In this document: piece after piece, positions 26,415 through 38,783 of the stretch
Layout of the letters: each line of letters starts with the position of its first letter
Numbering within the stretch: position 1 is the first letter of the stretch
Assembly (NCBI RefSeq): GCF_018350175.1
Contig: NC_058377.1
Coordinates: 21,142,001-21,206,000 of the forward strand
Length of the DNA: 64,000 bases
From: Felis catus
Taxonomy: Eukaryota
Direction of reading: 5' to 3'
Program-made: the position numbers and the translations under genes
Notes under the pieces: generated by a model
Told to the model about the DNA's origin: nothing
Databases searched by the model: none
Seen by the model: only the letters and a program-made list of their open reading frames with translations

Positions 26415-27823
26415 AATTTTGATGAAGTACAAGTAAACAATTTTTATGGTTAGTTTTTTTGTTGTTTATATCTTTTGTTTTTGTTATTATTCTTGTGTAC
26501 ATATATATACATACATATATATCCTTTTTTAAAAAAATCTAAAACTACTCCAGGATCTAAAAGATTTTCTTCAGTCCCTTCTTTCTGATGTTTTAGTCTT
26601 TGTGCTCAGATCTGATTGCAGGTTTATATTGGAGCAGAAGTGAGATAGAAATTTTTAGATTTTTTTGTATTTTCTATATTTACATAAATTCAACTCTAAT
26701 CCATTTGAAATGTTTACTTTGGTGCACATAATGGTAAAATAATCTTTTTGCCATTTAACTGAATAGGGAGGACGTTTGTAATTCTGTTTTCTAATTTTAT
26801 GCCTCTGCTTTGTATCAAAGATGAAGGAACAGAAAGAAGGGCTGAGATACTAACATTTCTGTTTCTGTAATTTGAAGTAAATTACAGCTTATTTTGCAAA
26901 TGATAAACTGTTAATCATGAAAAACAACACAGTAATTGATTATTCTCACTTTCTGATTGATAAATCTCTCCCAATTTTATGACAAAGTGGATAATATTAT
27001 TATTTCTCTTTTATAGATTTAGAAGGCAAGACACAAAGAGATTGATTGACTTGTTCCAAGGGTATCAGCTACTAACTGAATGACGGTATCAGAATCTGAA
27101 TTTAAGGCCTGCCTTTTAACCACTACTCATACTGCTTTCTTCCAAGCAAAGGGAGAAGTACTTGGCCCAGGACCACAAAGCCACTAATGGTGGGCCAATC
27201 CACTTGGTAGATTTGTACAATGATAGCTGTAGGTGTTGTTTCATCTGAATAATAGTATTTAAACATCTGAAGACTTTATGTAGAGATTCAGATTTCCTGA
27301 TAATTATTTTTAAAATGTAAAGATCTGAAAATCATAAGATCTCATGCATTTCTGCCAGAAATTAATTGCAGGCTATTAACGCTTAGCAGTATTTGGTCTC
27401 CTCAAGGTGTCATGATGCCAGTTCTACTCATCTACACTGGCTTCTCTAAATATTTAGGTTTCTGAGCCTCAACTGAGAAATATTGGCTTGATTATCGTTG
27501 AAATGTTCAAAATGGGAAACACTTGGCAATTTTTAATGATTTATAAACATGGTTATTTTTATATAAATACATTTATTATATTGAAAATATATTATATATA
27601 TAATAATATATATATTATTATATTGAAAATGAGGCTTAATAAATATTAAATCATGATGAATTTCACTTATGTAAGTTGACCTAGAGTTAAATAACCATAT
27701 AGACCAAGAGGATATCTAAAACAAGAATCATCTACATGGGGCATCCTACTCTAAATAGAGATAATGAAGTTTTCCCAACAACCATGTTTTTCTCTGTCCC
27801 CTTCAGAAACCACTCACAGGAAC

Positions 27824-28759
27824 ATGGCAGCAGAAAATCTTTCCACAGTGACTGCGTTTATCCTCACTGGGCTAACACAACAGCCAGAACTCCAGCTGCC
27901 CCTTTTCTTTCTCTTCCTAGGAGTCTATGTGGTCACAGTGGTGGGGAACTTGGTCATGATCACACTGATAGGACTCAGTGCTCACCTACACACCCCCATG
28001 TACTACTTCCTCAGTAATTTGTCCTTCATTGATCTCTGCCATTCCACTGTCATTACCCCCAAAATGCTAGTGAACTTTGTGACAGAGATGGACACCATCT
28101 CCTACTCTGAATGCATAACTCAGCTCTATTTCTTCCTTGTTTTTGCTATCTCAGAGTGTTACATGTTAGCTGCAATGGCATACGACCGCTATGTTGCCAT
28201 CTGTAGCCCCCTGCTTTATAATATCAACATGTCCCATCAGGCTTGTTTCTCCCTGATTTGGGGAGTGTATATTATAGCCCTGGTTTGTGCATTTGTTCAT
28301 ACAGTCTGCTTGTTTAGAGTTCACTTCTGCAAATTTGCTGTGATCAACCATTATTTCTGTGATCTTCTTTCCCTCTTAAAGCTCTCCTGTTCTAGCACCC
28401 ACGTCAATGAATTACTGATTCTAGTCTTTAGTGCAATTAATATCCTCGCCCCCAGCCTCATGATTCTTAGCTCCTACATCTTCATCATTGCCAGCATGCT
28501 CCGCATCCGCTCCACCGAAGGCAGAGCCAAAGCCTTCAGCACCTGCAGCTCCCACATCTCAGCTGTTGCCGTTTTCTTTGGATCCGCTGCGTTCATGTAC
28601 CTGCAGCCATCATCTGTGAGCTCCCTAGACCGAGGAAAAGTGTCTTCTGTGTTTTATACTATTGTTGTGCCTATGTTGAATCCCCTGATCTACAGCCTGA
28701 GGAATAAAGATGTCAATGTCGCACTGAAGAAAATGCTAGAGAGAAGAATATTCTTGTGA
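27824..28759 (+). CDS. OR8G1: OR8G1-like olfactory receptor (intact, 311 aa from MAAENLS)
   Basis: Full OR motif set; [12 protein letters not shown]...FRVHFCKF...[10 protein letters not shown] resembles human OR8G1 as recalled. Strong acceptor tttttctctgtccccttcAG ending at 27806, so the ATG at 27824 is preferred over 27764. Confidence 0.95.
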   Translation: MAAENLSTVTAFILTGLTQQPELQLPLFFLFLGVYVVTVVGNLVMITLIGLSAHLHTPMYYFLSNLSFIDLCHSTVITPKMLVNFVTEMDTISYSECITQLYFFLVFAISECYMLAAMAYDRYVAICSPLLYNINMSHQACFSLIWGVYIIALVCAFVHTVCLFRVHFCKFAVINHYFCDLLSLLKLSCSSTHVNELLILVFSAINILAPSLMILSSYIFIIASMLRIRSTEGRAKAFSTCSSHISAVAVFFGSAAFMYLQPSSVSSLDRGKVSSVFYTIVVPMLNPLIYSLRNKDVNVALKKMLERRIFL

Positions 28760-29816
28760 TTAGAAATAACATGAGGATCATTTATTAGTCTCAGTCATTG
28801 TCTGTTACATTGTATGAATCAATATGTTTAATTCCAGCCCATTTGTCAATACACATTCTCAGTTAGTGGGATTCTATTCACATTATTTCTTACTCCTATG
28901 GCCTTTTGATGTCACTGCTCTCTGGATTTTTCTCTCATGAGTATCACTGAGACACAGATTAGAAGTACTAAGGATGACCTGGATACATGGACCCACTAAT
29001 GCCACTACCATCACCTCCTCCCCTTGTCTTCGGTAAACTGATAAAAACTCAGTTTGCAACCATAATGAAAGTATCTTCCAGAAGTGCTTAGCCATATCCT
29101 TTTCTTCTATGCAGTCAAAAATATAAAAATCATAGCAATGTAATGACTGTAATCTCTAGTTTTTGCACACCTCTAACCTGGGAAAACCTCTTTCCCACTA
29201 TATCCTACCCTGTACTTTCTGAGTTATTTCCTCTATTTCATACTTAAGAAACTTAAGAAACTTTTTCCCTCTCTTTCATACATAAGAAACATTTTTTCTT
29301 TTTATGCTGAAGGGAAATCTAACTTTTTATTAGTTCCATTTTTTCTTTTTTTACTGGTTATTAACCGTGGAAAAGCACAGAACGTTAAATCTGAGTTACA
29401 GGCCCATGTGGGTGTTGTTATTGTCCCCAATCCAATATCCTCCTGCTTTGGCATCGGTTAATTAGTTTGCAATGATCTGTGTATTGTCCAAGTTCACACT
29501 AGACTGTAATCTCCATCAAGGTAGACCCCTGTTCATGCAGTTCAGTGCCATATCTCCAAATAGCAGAATGCCTGCTACCTAGAGGGTCTTGATAATTTTC
29601 TTGGTAATTACTTTCCCCCTATAAAATATTCATATGAAAACTAATATTTATCCAATGTAGGTCTTCACCCATTAACCCCTTCAAGTGATATATGTGGCTT
29701 TCTGGTTTCAGTTTAAATCAATGAGGTGTAACTTTGGAGAATTCTCTAAGGATCTCTAAGATAACTTGTAGCATCCCTAGTTGTTTCTGTACAAGAACTA
29801 AGAAATACTAGTCCTG

Positions 29817-30037
29817 GGGTGCCTAGGTGGCTCAGTCGGTTGAGTGTCCAACTTTGGCTCAGGTCATGATCTCACGGTTCGTGAGTTTAAGTCCCACATC
29901 GGGCTCTATGCTGACCGCTCAGAGCCTGGAGCCTACTTCAGATTCTGTGTCCCCCTTGCTCTCTGCCCCTCCCCCACCCATGCTCTGTCTCTCTCTGCTT
30001 CTCAAAAATAAAGAAATGTAATAATAATAAAAAAAAA
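29817..30037 (+). mobile_element. Can-SINE (SINEC, cat-type)
   Basis: SINEC body; long TSD aactaagaaatactagtcctg at 29796-29816 and 30038-30058. Confidence 0.97.
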
Positions 30038-30454
30038 AACTAAGAAATACTAGTCCTGAGATTCTTCTGTGGCAAATCCCAGCACAGATATGGTAACCTG
30101 CAAATACCTGTTTTTTATGTCATTAAATCCTGTCAACAATCAAGGAGTCCCTAAAGCAAGTCTAATTATTCATGAATTTAAGTATGCAGCCTTAGAGACT
30201 CAAAAAAATTAAGTAGATTTGAAATCAAATGGGTCAACATGGCAAATCATGTGGTAGAATGATGTCTGGGGCCGAAACAACCCCGTCTGGCCACCGTACC
30301 CAAATAATTCCACCTACTGGCATAGAGGAAATTCTTTGCTATTTAAACTTAAGAAGAAAGGGCATTAAATATTTAAATGTAAAGCCTTGGTTATTGCTTC
30401 CAGCAGTAGAGATACATTATACTCTTTTTTTAAAAATTTGGTCTTTGATTTTCC

Positions 30455-30950
30455 CCCTTTTATGTATTTTTATTATTTTTATTTAAGTATAGTTGACACA
30501 CATTACATTAGTCTTTGGTGTAGAACGCAGTGGTCTGACAACTCTATACATTATGCAAAGCTTACCACAAGTGTAACTACCATGTCTCGCCATAAAACAC
30601 TGCGACAATACCATTGACTATATTCCCTATACTGGATCTTTCATTTCTGTGATTTATTCATTTCATAAGTGGATGCCTGTACCTCCGTCTCCCTTTTGCT
30701 CATTTTTCACATCCCCTGCCTCCTCCCCTCCGGCAACTATCAGTTTGTTTTCTGTAATTATGGGTCTATTTCTGCTTTTTTTTTGTTTTTGCATTTTTTT
30801 CAAGATTCCACATATGAGTGAAATCATATAGTATTTGTTTTTCTCTGTCTGACTTATTTCACTTAGCATAATACCCTCCAGGTCTATCTGTGTTGTCCTA
30901 AATGACAAGATCTCATCCTTTATATTGCTGAGTAATATTCCTTTATATTG
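30455..30950 (-). mobile_element. L1MA-type 3' UTR fragment
   Basis: Antisense L1 3'UTR; ORF 30663..30908 (LEGIMLSEISQTEKNKYYMISLICG) is a typical L1 3' pseudo-peptide. Confidence 0.85.
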
Positions 30951-30987
30951 CTGTGTGTGTGTGTGTTTCTACATAAGCATGCATGCA

Positions 30988-31021
<34 letters not shown>

Positions 31022-32426
31022 TCCACCTAACTTTGCATTTGAGCCCAGACCAGTTGTGCTCAAAGGCCTCCTCTGCCCTGTAAGCATGCCCTCTTACTCA
31101 TACTTAAACCCTTATAGTGATAGAAACTCAATCCTTCACAAGTCATTTTTATCCCATTAATTTTTTTCTTTCTACACTGAAACGAAATCTAACTTTTTAT
31201 TAGTTCCATTTTTTTTTTTACTGGTTATTCACCGCGAAAAAGCATGTAATAATTCTAATTAGCAGCTGCTCATGAATTTGAAAATAAGTGTCATGTCTCT
31301 GCTTTTGTATGCAAAACGTCCCAGGAGCTTTCATAGTGGAAAAGTTTGAAGCTTTGGTCTGGAATCAGATCTGGAAAAGATCTGAGATTTAACCTTAGCT
31401 CACTTTGCAGCTATATGATCAAGTTCTAAAACTCCCAGTGCTTTTATTTCCTCTCCTATTTAATAAGATTGTTTTGAGACCTAAATTTAAACATAAAAGA
31501 ACAAAAAAATAATAATAAATTAGCATAGTATCTGGCAAATGCTCAATGTATATTACTGTTATTTTTATTAAATCTTTTTCATACGGGATGGTTTAAAGAC
31601 ACTTCACCGATTTATAATCTTCCTTTGAAAGTACTTAGCTTATTAATGTTTTTTTTGTAAGGTGCATTTGCTAGAAAAAAACACATAAGATGATAATTAA
31701 ATAATTCCTTATTATTGATTATATCCTGTCTGCAACAGTGATACTCATTGTAAATATCTACATAGTCCTAAAAATGTTTGCGTCCTTGAAAATAAGGTGT
31801 TGCAATATTACCACATGTAAAGACAGGCAAGTAAAGGAGGCAAAAAAAATTACTCAGCCTGAAGCCTTGAAGTCAAGATTGGAGTCCATTCTCCAGGCCA
31901 GCAGACTTGAAAGAAATGTAGATGTTTTCCATTTCAAAACATCTATAATTATTTTGTCTTGGGGGTAAATGTGGTTAATTTTAATCTAATTGTTCCCTCA
32001 GAACTACCACTGTGAATCATGAGAAATGTCCAAAGGGATCTGAAGGAGATGACCCAGAGGGAGTGAATGTGTTCAAGTCTTGAGGGTATATGCTCTTGGT
32101 ACCTTATTTTATAAACACCTAAATCTCAGTTCCTGTGGCTGGGGTACTTTGTGTTCTTCTGGGAACCAGAGAGTGTGACTGGGGTTATCTTGTTATTGTA
32201 CTACAGAAAATTCCACCGTGTTCCCTGTGAACAGGGTGCGTGTTCAGATTTTTTCTCACCTCTCACAGACATCTTTCGCTTCTTATTCACCGAAGTGTTG
32301 GGATCCAGTTGCTGGGAGTTGTTAGGTTTTTAATTCTTGAAGATGACTCTTACTTGAAAAGGACTGAGAAAACAAGAGGATCATAGATTTGTTGTCTTAG
32401 GGATAGTAAATTATCCCTGGAATGGG

Positions 32427-32459
32427 ATATTTAATGGCAAGTTAGTGGCCATTAAATAT
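32427..32459. promoter_or_regulatory. Palindromic pair of homeodomain sites (TAATGG) beside an O/E-like site
   Basis: atatttaatggc-N9-gccattaaatat is a perfect 12-bp inverted repeat; tatccctggaat lies just upstream; ~1.2 kb before the OR10D-like ATG. Confidence 0.45.
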
Positions 32460-33286
32460 GGAGTGCCATATTAATCACTGAGCGTGGTTACAGTCAGAGA
32501 ACTCTTGAGTCTTCACTGACCAAAAGAGGAAAGATTTCCAGGGCGAGGCTATGATGAAACTTCTTCAAGGATGGAATCCAGATAAGTCAGAATTTCACAC
32601 AGACCATCTTCTAGTATGTCTAGAGTGAGTAACGAGAAACAAGTTTCTGGTAAACACAGGTGATTTTTTTTTTTTTTTTTCAGGATGTCACTGACTCTTT
32701 CTTTGGAGTCTCCATTTTTCTCTGCATTTAGCATTGTAACTACATGTTGGTTTTGGGTAATTTTCTTTCTCTCTCTTTCTTTCCTTAAGTTCATGGCTTT
32801 ATTAAAGTACAACAAACATTCAAATTACATGGCAAATATAGAGCCCAGTGTGTTTTCACACAAATATTCTCTCCTGTCTCCTCAGTGTGAGAATCCTCTG
32901 TCCACAAATTGGAATTTGTCTGCAAATGTTTACTGCTCATACTGCTGCCACATAATTTCAGAATTTCTTTGGGGCAGGGCTGGAAAAAAAAAGGGGGGGT
33001 GGACACCAGTTAATTCTTCATGGTCTTTGATTGGGAAGCACCCTTTATCAAGTTGTCCTGTCAAAGAGATGGGTTTTCTATTGGAATTTCAGCATCCAGA
33101 GGAGCCACCACACAATTCTGCAATAGTGACCCTTCTCAGCTCAAAAGCACAAGAGAAAAAAGGAAAAAGTGGAAGCATAGCTGTGGGGGCCTCTCCTCCA
33201 GGTTTTATTTCCTTTTCACAATCTGCTTCCTTCTGTTTATGTTCAAAAGTTCTTAGGTAAATACATTTTGTGTTTTGTCTGGTGTT

Positions 33287-33400
33287 TTTTTTTTAAGTTT
33301 TATTTATTTTAGAAACCTCTAGACCCAACATGGGGCTTAAAGTCTCAATCCTGAGATCAAGACTCACATGCTCTTCTGACTGAGCCAGCCAGGCGTCCCT
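33287..33400 (-). mobile_element. Short-type Can-SINE
   Basis: ctgagatcaagactcacatgctcttctgactgagccagccaggcgtccc with poly-T tail. Confidence 0.85.
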
Positions 33401-33663
33401 CCAGAGTTTTTAATTGTAGTCTCTGGGGAAGATAGAATATAGTGAACTGAATCTAACTTGGCCCAAACCAAAGTTTTCAGAATACAGTAAAAAATTTTTA
33501 TTTTCTTTATCTTTTGATGTAGAAATGCTCTTACATAAGGTTTACTGTTGATTGTTAAAACATGAAACCTACACATCCATCCATTGGAGAGATTCTCAGT
33601 TTTACATCAGTGCTCACACTTTGGACACCTATGTTCTATTTTGAAGTCCAACATCTGACGAAG

Positions 33664-34596
33664 ATGGGGAATGCTTCAGTGGTGACCAAGTTCATCCTGC
33701 TGGGCATCCCACACACGGAAGACCTGGAGACCATGCTCTTTGTCCTGTTTTTGGGCTGCTACGTCTTCACTCTTATGGGGAACCTGCTCATCCTACTGGC
33801 GATTGTCTCCTCCACTCGGCTTCACACCCCCATGTACTTCTTCCTGTGTCAACTGTCTGTGTGTGACATATTTTTCCCTTCTGTGAGCTCCCCCAAGATG
33901 CTCTTCTACCTCTCGGGGAACAGCCGGGCCATCTCCTATGCGGGCTGCATGTCCCAGCTCTTCTTCTACCACTTCCTGGGCTGTACCGAGTGCTTCCTGT
34001 ACACGGTGATGGCCTACGACCGCTTTGTCGCCATCTGCTACCCTCTCCGCTACACGGTAATCATGAGCCACAGGGTGTGTGCCATCCTGGCCGTGGGGAC
34101 CTCTTTTTTTGGCTGCATTCAGGCCACCTTCCTAACCACTCTCACCTTCCAGTTGCCCTACTGTGGCCCCAATGAGGTGGATTACTTCTTCTGTGATATC
34201 CCGGTGATGCTGAAGCTGGCTTGTGCTGACACTTCAGCCCTGGAGAGGGTGGGGTTCGTCAGCGTGGGCCTCATGCCCCTCAGCTGCTTCCTTCTCATCC
34301 TCACCTCCTACAGCCGCATTGTCTGCTCCATCCTGCAGATCCGCTCTACCGAAGGCAGACGCCGTGCCTTCTCCACCTGCAGTGCCCACCTCACCGCCAT
34401 CCTCCTCTCCTTTATGCCAGTGGTCCTCATCTACCTGCAGCCCACCCCCAATCCCTGGCTCAATGCAACTGTTCAGGTCCTGAATAACTTGGTCACCCCT
34501 ATGCTGAACCCCTTGATTTACAGCTTGAGAAATAAAGAAGTAAAATATTCTCTGAGGAAGGTACTACAGCAGGTAGCCTTCCTTCCTGAGCAATGA
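33664..34596 (+). CDS. Olfactory receptor, family 10 subfamily D-like (intact, 310 aa from MGNAS)
   Basis: OR motifs [50 protein letters not shown]; ILLGIPHTE and YHFLGCTECFLY are OR10D-type; NAS glycosylation site places the start at 33664. Confidence 0.96.
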   Translation: MGNASVVTKFILLGIPHTEDLETMLFVLFLGCYVFTLMGNLLILLAIVSSTRLHTPMYFFLCQLSVCDIFFPSVSSPKMLFYLSGNSRAISYAGCMSQLFFYHFLGCTECFLYTVMAYDRFVAICYPLRYTVIMSHRVCAILAVGTSFFGCIQATFLTTLTFQLPYCGPNEVDYFFCDIPVMLKLACADTSALERVGFVSVGLMPLSCFLLILTSYSRIVCSILQIRSTEGRRRAFSTCSAHLTAILLSFMPVVLIYLQPTPNPWLNATVQVLNNLVTPMLNPLIYSLRNKEVKYSLRKVLQQVAFLPEQ

Positions 34597-34685
34597 GAGA
34601 GATTAGTGACTACACTTCAATAGCACCACATTGCTAGGACACAGATGTTATCAATGGCCCTTCAATAGATAAAGAAGCTAAGGTT

Positions 34686-34921
34686 TGGAGCACGTGGGTG
34701 GCTGTCGGTGAAGTGTTCGGCTCTTGGATTTCAGCTCAGGTCATGATCTCGTGGTTTGTGGGTTCGAGCCCTGCATCAAGCTCTGCACTGACANNNNNNN
34801 NNNNNNNNNNNNNNNNNNNNNNNNNNNNNNNNNNNNNNNNNNNNNNNNNNNNNNNNNNNNNNNNNNNNNNNNNNNNNNNNNNNNNNNNNNNNNNNNNNNN
34901 NNNNNNNNNNNNNNNNNNNNN
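34686..34921 (+). mobile_element. Can-SINE (3' half in N gap)
   Basis: SINEC head at 34686-34793, then N gap 34794-34921. Confidence 0.85.
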
Positions 34922-35669
34922 GTCATAAAGTGGATTGTTCAAAGCCACATAACTAATAAATTATGCTGCCTACAAAGGATTATCTCTTCCCATTTTGCAA
35001 GAAAGCCTAGTTCTGCTGTTCCTCATTCTGTTTTCTTTTCCTATTTTCCCCCTCCCACATCCTCTCCTTCTTTGCCCTTTTCCCTTACTCTAGCACTCCC
35101 TCATCTTGGCATGATTATCCAATTATTCTCTCAAATGCCTGCATCAGATATGCTGCCATTTGATGGTCTAGGAGTTTTTGAAATAGTTGGGGGGGGGGGG
35201 GTTCAACCACATTGCTCCAGGTGACATTCTGTGACTTCTGGAATGTAAAGATGCTGTGTCAAGGAAAAGGGCTTCTCTGGATGAGACCTGGGGCAGGCTT
35301 GTTATGGGTGAATCAGAGATCACCTACAAAGCCTGTCAGTCTTGGATCTAGAAACAGTCCATTGTCTGGGAGGTGGGCAGTGGATGAGAGGCTAGAGAAT
35401 GTGAAGAGGCTAGACAGGGAGAATCTGTGAAAGGGTGACTAATTCTGTTGTTTTCAGTGTCAGAAATTTGAGTTGGTCTTTGAAATCTGCAGCCCAGCCA
35501 GGGGTCAATGCAAAAAGTCCAAGCTGCTACTGCTACTGCTGTCTGCTTTTGGATTCTCTGCTTACCAAAAGGCTGTGACTTTAGCTCTCTTTGCTAACAT
35601 TCTTTTGTTCTTTTACCTACTGAGCTTAGCATGTGAAATGTGCCTTTCTAATACAAACAATAATTTGAA

Positions 35670-35880
35670 GAAAGGAAAGAAAATGATTGGAAGAGAAGGG
35701 GATGATGGGAAGGGAAGGGGAGGAGGGAAGAGAGGGGATGATAGGAAGGAAATGGTGTAATGGCAATGGAAGAGGGTGATGGGAAAGAAGGGGGTGATGG
35801 GATGAGAAGGGGGTGATGGGAAGGAAGGGGGAGATGGGATGAGAGGGAAGATTGGGAGGGAAGGGGGCAGAGGCAAAGGC
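35670..35880 (+). repeat. Purine/G-rich degenerate minisatellite (GAAGGGGGTGATGGGA-like)
   Basis: Directly visible repeated gggtgatggga / gaaggg units. Confidence 0.85.
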
Positions 35881-38399
35881 AAGTCTCTTCTCTTGCTTCT
35901 TTCTGGCATCAGAGTGCAGTCAGGGAATCTGCCAGACTGAACCAGTGTTTGGGGCCTCATGTGAGGGTGATAAGATGATTCATGTTTTTGAAAGGGAGAA
36001 CATTTTTCCTACTCACATGTCTTAAGCTCTGTGCCTTTTATTCTTTCTATCACATGTGCTCCTTCCAGAGTCTTCAGCTGGTCAAATTCATTCTTATCAT
36101 CAAACATTTAGTTAAAATATAATTTTCTATGTGAAATTTTCCTAATCCTAAGCAAATCAGTCTGCCATATCTGTATGCTTTGTATCAGACTTTACAAACT
36201 CATTACTCCATTATGCTAGACTAAGTGGTGGCAAAGCATTTTCCAAGAGTAAAAGTAAAGTAGGTTTTGGAGTGTAAGGATGAAGAAAGTCTGTTGGGGA
36301 CTGACAGTACAGAATTGTACAGTACAGATGAAGTTCCGAATCCCAGATAAGTTTTTGTTGTGGTTGGTGAGGCAGAACCTCAGTATCCTCATATCGGTCA
36401 GTTATTTGGTACCAATTAAGTATCTCCAGGATACTGGGAGCAGATTAATATTCTGACTCTTGGGATGAACCTTCAATGATAGAGCTCTTGTCTTTTAAAG
36501 AGCTTTCATCAAGTAGAGGAAACATGGCGGTAGTCATATTTTCCATTCATTTAACAAATCCGCATTTATGTAGAGCCCTCCCTCAGGCCAAATGCAGTGC
36601 AGTAAAGTAGGCAGGGGAACGGAGCAACACTCAGCAAAGTGTAGTAAGTGAACAGATCTGGACATCCAATTGATACTGAGGAGACCAAGACCCTTTTAGA
36701 GTACTCCCTTCTTCTCCTAGTTACCTAAACTCTGGTATAAAGGAAAATGAGTTGTTTAGGGGTGAGGAAATCTTTAAGAAAACTTTAAATCACCATGTAG
36801 ACAAAAGAAAGCATGGCACTTAGTAAGTAGGAGGAATAATTCACCTATGTTTTTCACTGTCCCTTACTAGTTGTGAGCCTTGTTTACTTCCTCTGTAACA
36901 TAAAGATAGTACTTTTCTTGCAAGTGCTGTTGTACATATTAAACAACACAAAAGCAAAGTATTCCTCTGCCTTATTGGCGGTGCTCCAGAAACTTAATTA
37001 TATATATTTTTTCTACTCTTCTTGCTATTTCCATAGCTTACTCCCTCACTTCAGTTAAGTCTTTGATGCTCAAATGCCACAAGCACAGAGAGGGCTCCTG
37101 AGAGCATACTGTTAAAACAGTCACCTACTTCATCACATTTATTTCTACTTATTGTTTGTCTTTCTAACTAAAACATAAACTCCATGAAGGCATGGATTTT
37201 TCTTATCTTGTTTCTTAGTGTCGTTCTACAACCTAAAGCAGTTCCTTTTACATGGATGCCCTAAAGAACTTAAAGTTCTGAATTCATGGTATGTCTTGTT
37301 CCTATGACCCAGATGGTTCCCCATCCCTCACTTCCTTTTAAATGCTGCATTCCTATTTTGTTTTCCTAGACCAGAACGTTTGCCTTCATTTCCACCTGGC
37401 ATTGCTCCAAGAACAGGAATTCTGTCTTCTGCATCAGGACTTGACTGGGCTAGACTCCTACCCCTTTTCTCTAGGTTCCATTCTTCTCCATTACTTTTAG
37501 TCTCTGTCCTGACACTGAATCTCGCTTGCTTACACCTTGCTTGAAAGCCAAACCTTTTAAACTCTGTTTTCACCTTTCAGACATGCATTTGGAACCTATC
37601 AGCCACCACTGTCTTTAATAACCTACTTGCTTGAAATTTCTTTAGTTGTTTGTTCCTAAGATTATCTAAAATACCTGCTCCAAAACAATAGATTTCCACT
37701 TTACCTTTTAGTAGGTTTTCTACTTATTTGTAGCTCTTATTCTGATAGCAACAGAGGCATTTAACATAGCTTATTGAATGAGGCATATTAAACTCTAAAA
37801 GTACTTTGTGAAACAGAACAATGCCATGACTATTATATTAGAACCAGTATAATGGGAAAGCAGAAATTAGCTGTATTGTTTAATTTCTGACTATGTGCCA
37901 AGACGTTCTCTTTAAGAAATCCATATACATTGTTTTATTAAACCTTCACATTAACACTTCAAAATATATATTATAGTCCATGTTTTTTCAGATGTGGAAA
38001 TTGAGTTCCAGTTTGGTCAAAGTAACACTCTAACATCATATTAAATCAAAGAAACTGTAATTGAAGGTAGGATTTACCTCACACCAAATTTAAGATTTTT
38101 TCTCAAACATTTTGCTGATTCTATCTAAAACACTAATACATAAATAAAATACATAAACATAAATAAAATTCTTCCTGAAACTAGGAAGGATTCCATAAAT
38201 TTTGTCTATGACTTTTTATTTCTGTAATTCCACGAGGTCAAGTTTCTTGAGAGTTTATGAAGTGAATGCCAATATAGATGTCAAAATAAAAGTACAGGGT
38301 TACTTGACATTTACATCAAGATCTTAGTTGATTCGTACCTATATCCGTATATAATTTTATAATTAGATAATTTTTAAAAAGTAATTTAAAGTTATTTTA

Positions 38400-38640
38400 T
38401 TTTTTTTATTTATTTTTTTTTTTAAATTTTTTTTCCAACGTTTATTTATTTTTGGGACAGAGAGAGACAGAGCATGAACGGGGGAGGGGCAGAGAGAGAG
38501 AGGGAGACACAGAATCGGAAACAGGCTCCAGGCTCTGAGCCATCAGCCCAGAGCCTGACGCGGGGCTCGAACTCCCGGACCGCGAGATCGTGACCTGGCT
38601 GAAGTCGGACGCTTAACCGACTGCGCCACCCAGGCGCCCC
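38400..38640 (-). mobile_element. Young cat-type Can-SINE
   Basis: CpG-intact body; perfect TSD taaagttatttta at 38387-38399 and 38641-38653. Confidence 0.98.
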
Positions 38641-38783
38641 TAAAGTTATTTTAAAAATACTTAAAAAGTACTTATCAGTATGCTAGCCATATATCAAATA
38701 CTCCACTTGGATTTTCTAATTTAATTCCTGTAAATACTCTATGGAGTGAGAATTATTACTACTCAAATATAAGAGAACAGGAC

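Larger units (their letters stand above)
29291..31244 (+). repeat. ~85-bp dispersed direct repeat (29291-29377 and 31160-31244)
   Basis: Shared identical core gaaatctaactttttattagttccatttttt, with similar flanks (actggttatt.accg..aaaagca). Confidence 0.85.

Noticed and set aside
27764-27823. 20-aa N-terminal extension of the OR8G1-like ORF
   Set aside because: It crosses a strong polypyrimidine tract and AG acceptor (27806), so it is intronic; MAAENLS matches normal OR starts.
32685-33260. 191-aa ORF upstream of the OR10D-like gene
   Set aside because: It has low-complexity, homopolymer-rich composition and no recognisable domain; probably UTR or intron.
33562-33663. 34-aa N-terminal extension of the OR10D-like ORF
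   Set aside because: There is no OR-like sequence before MGNAS, a plausible acceptor lies at 33646, and OR coding exons usually begin just before the ATG.
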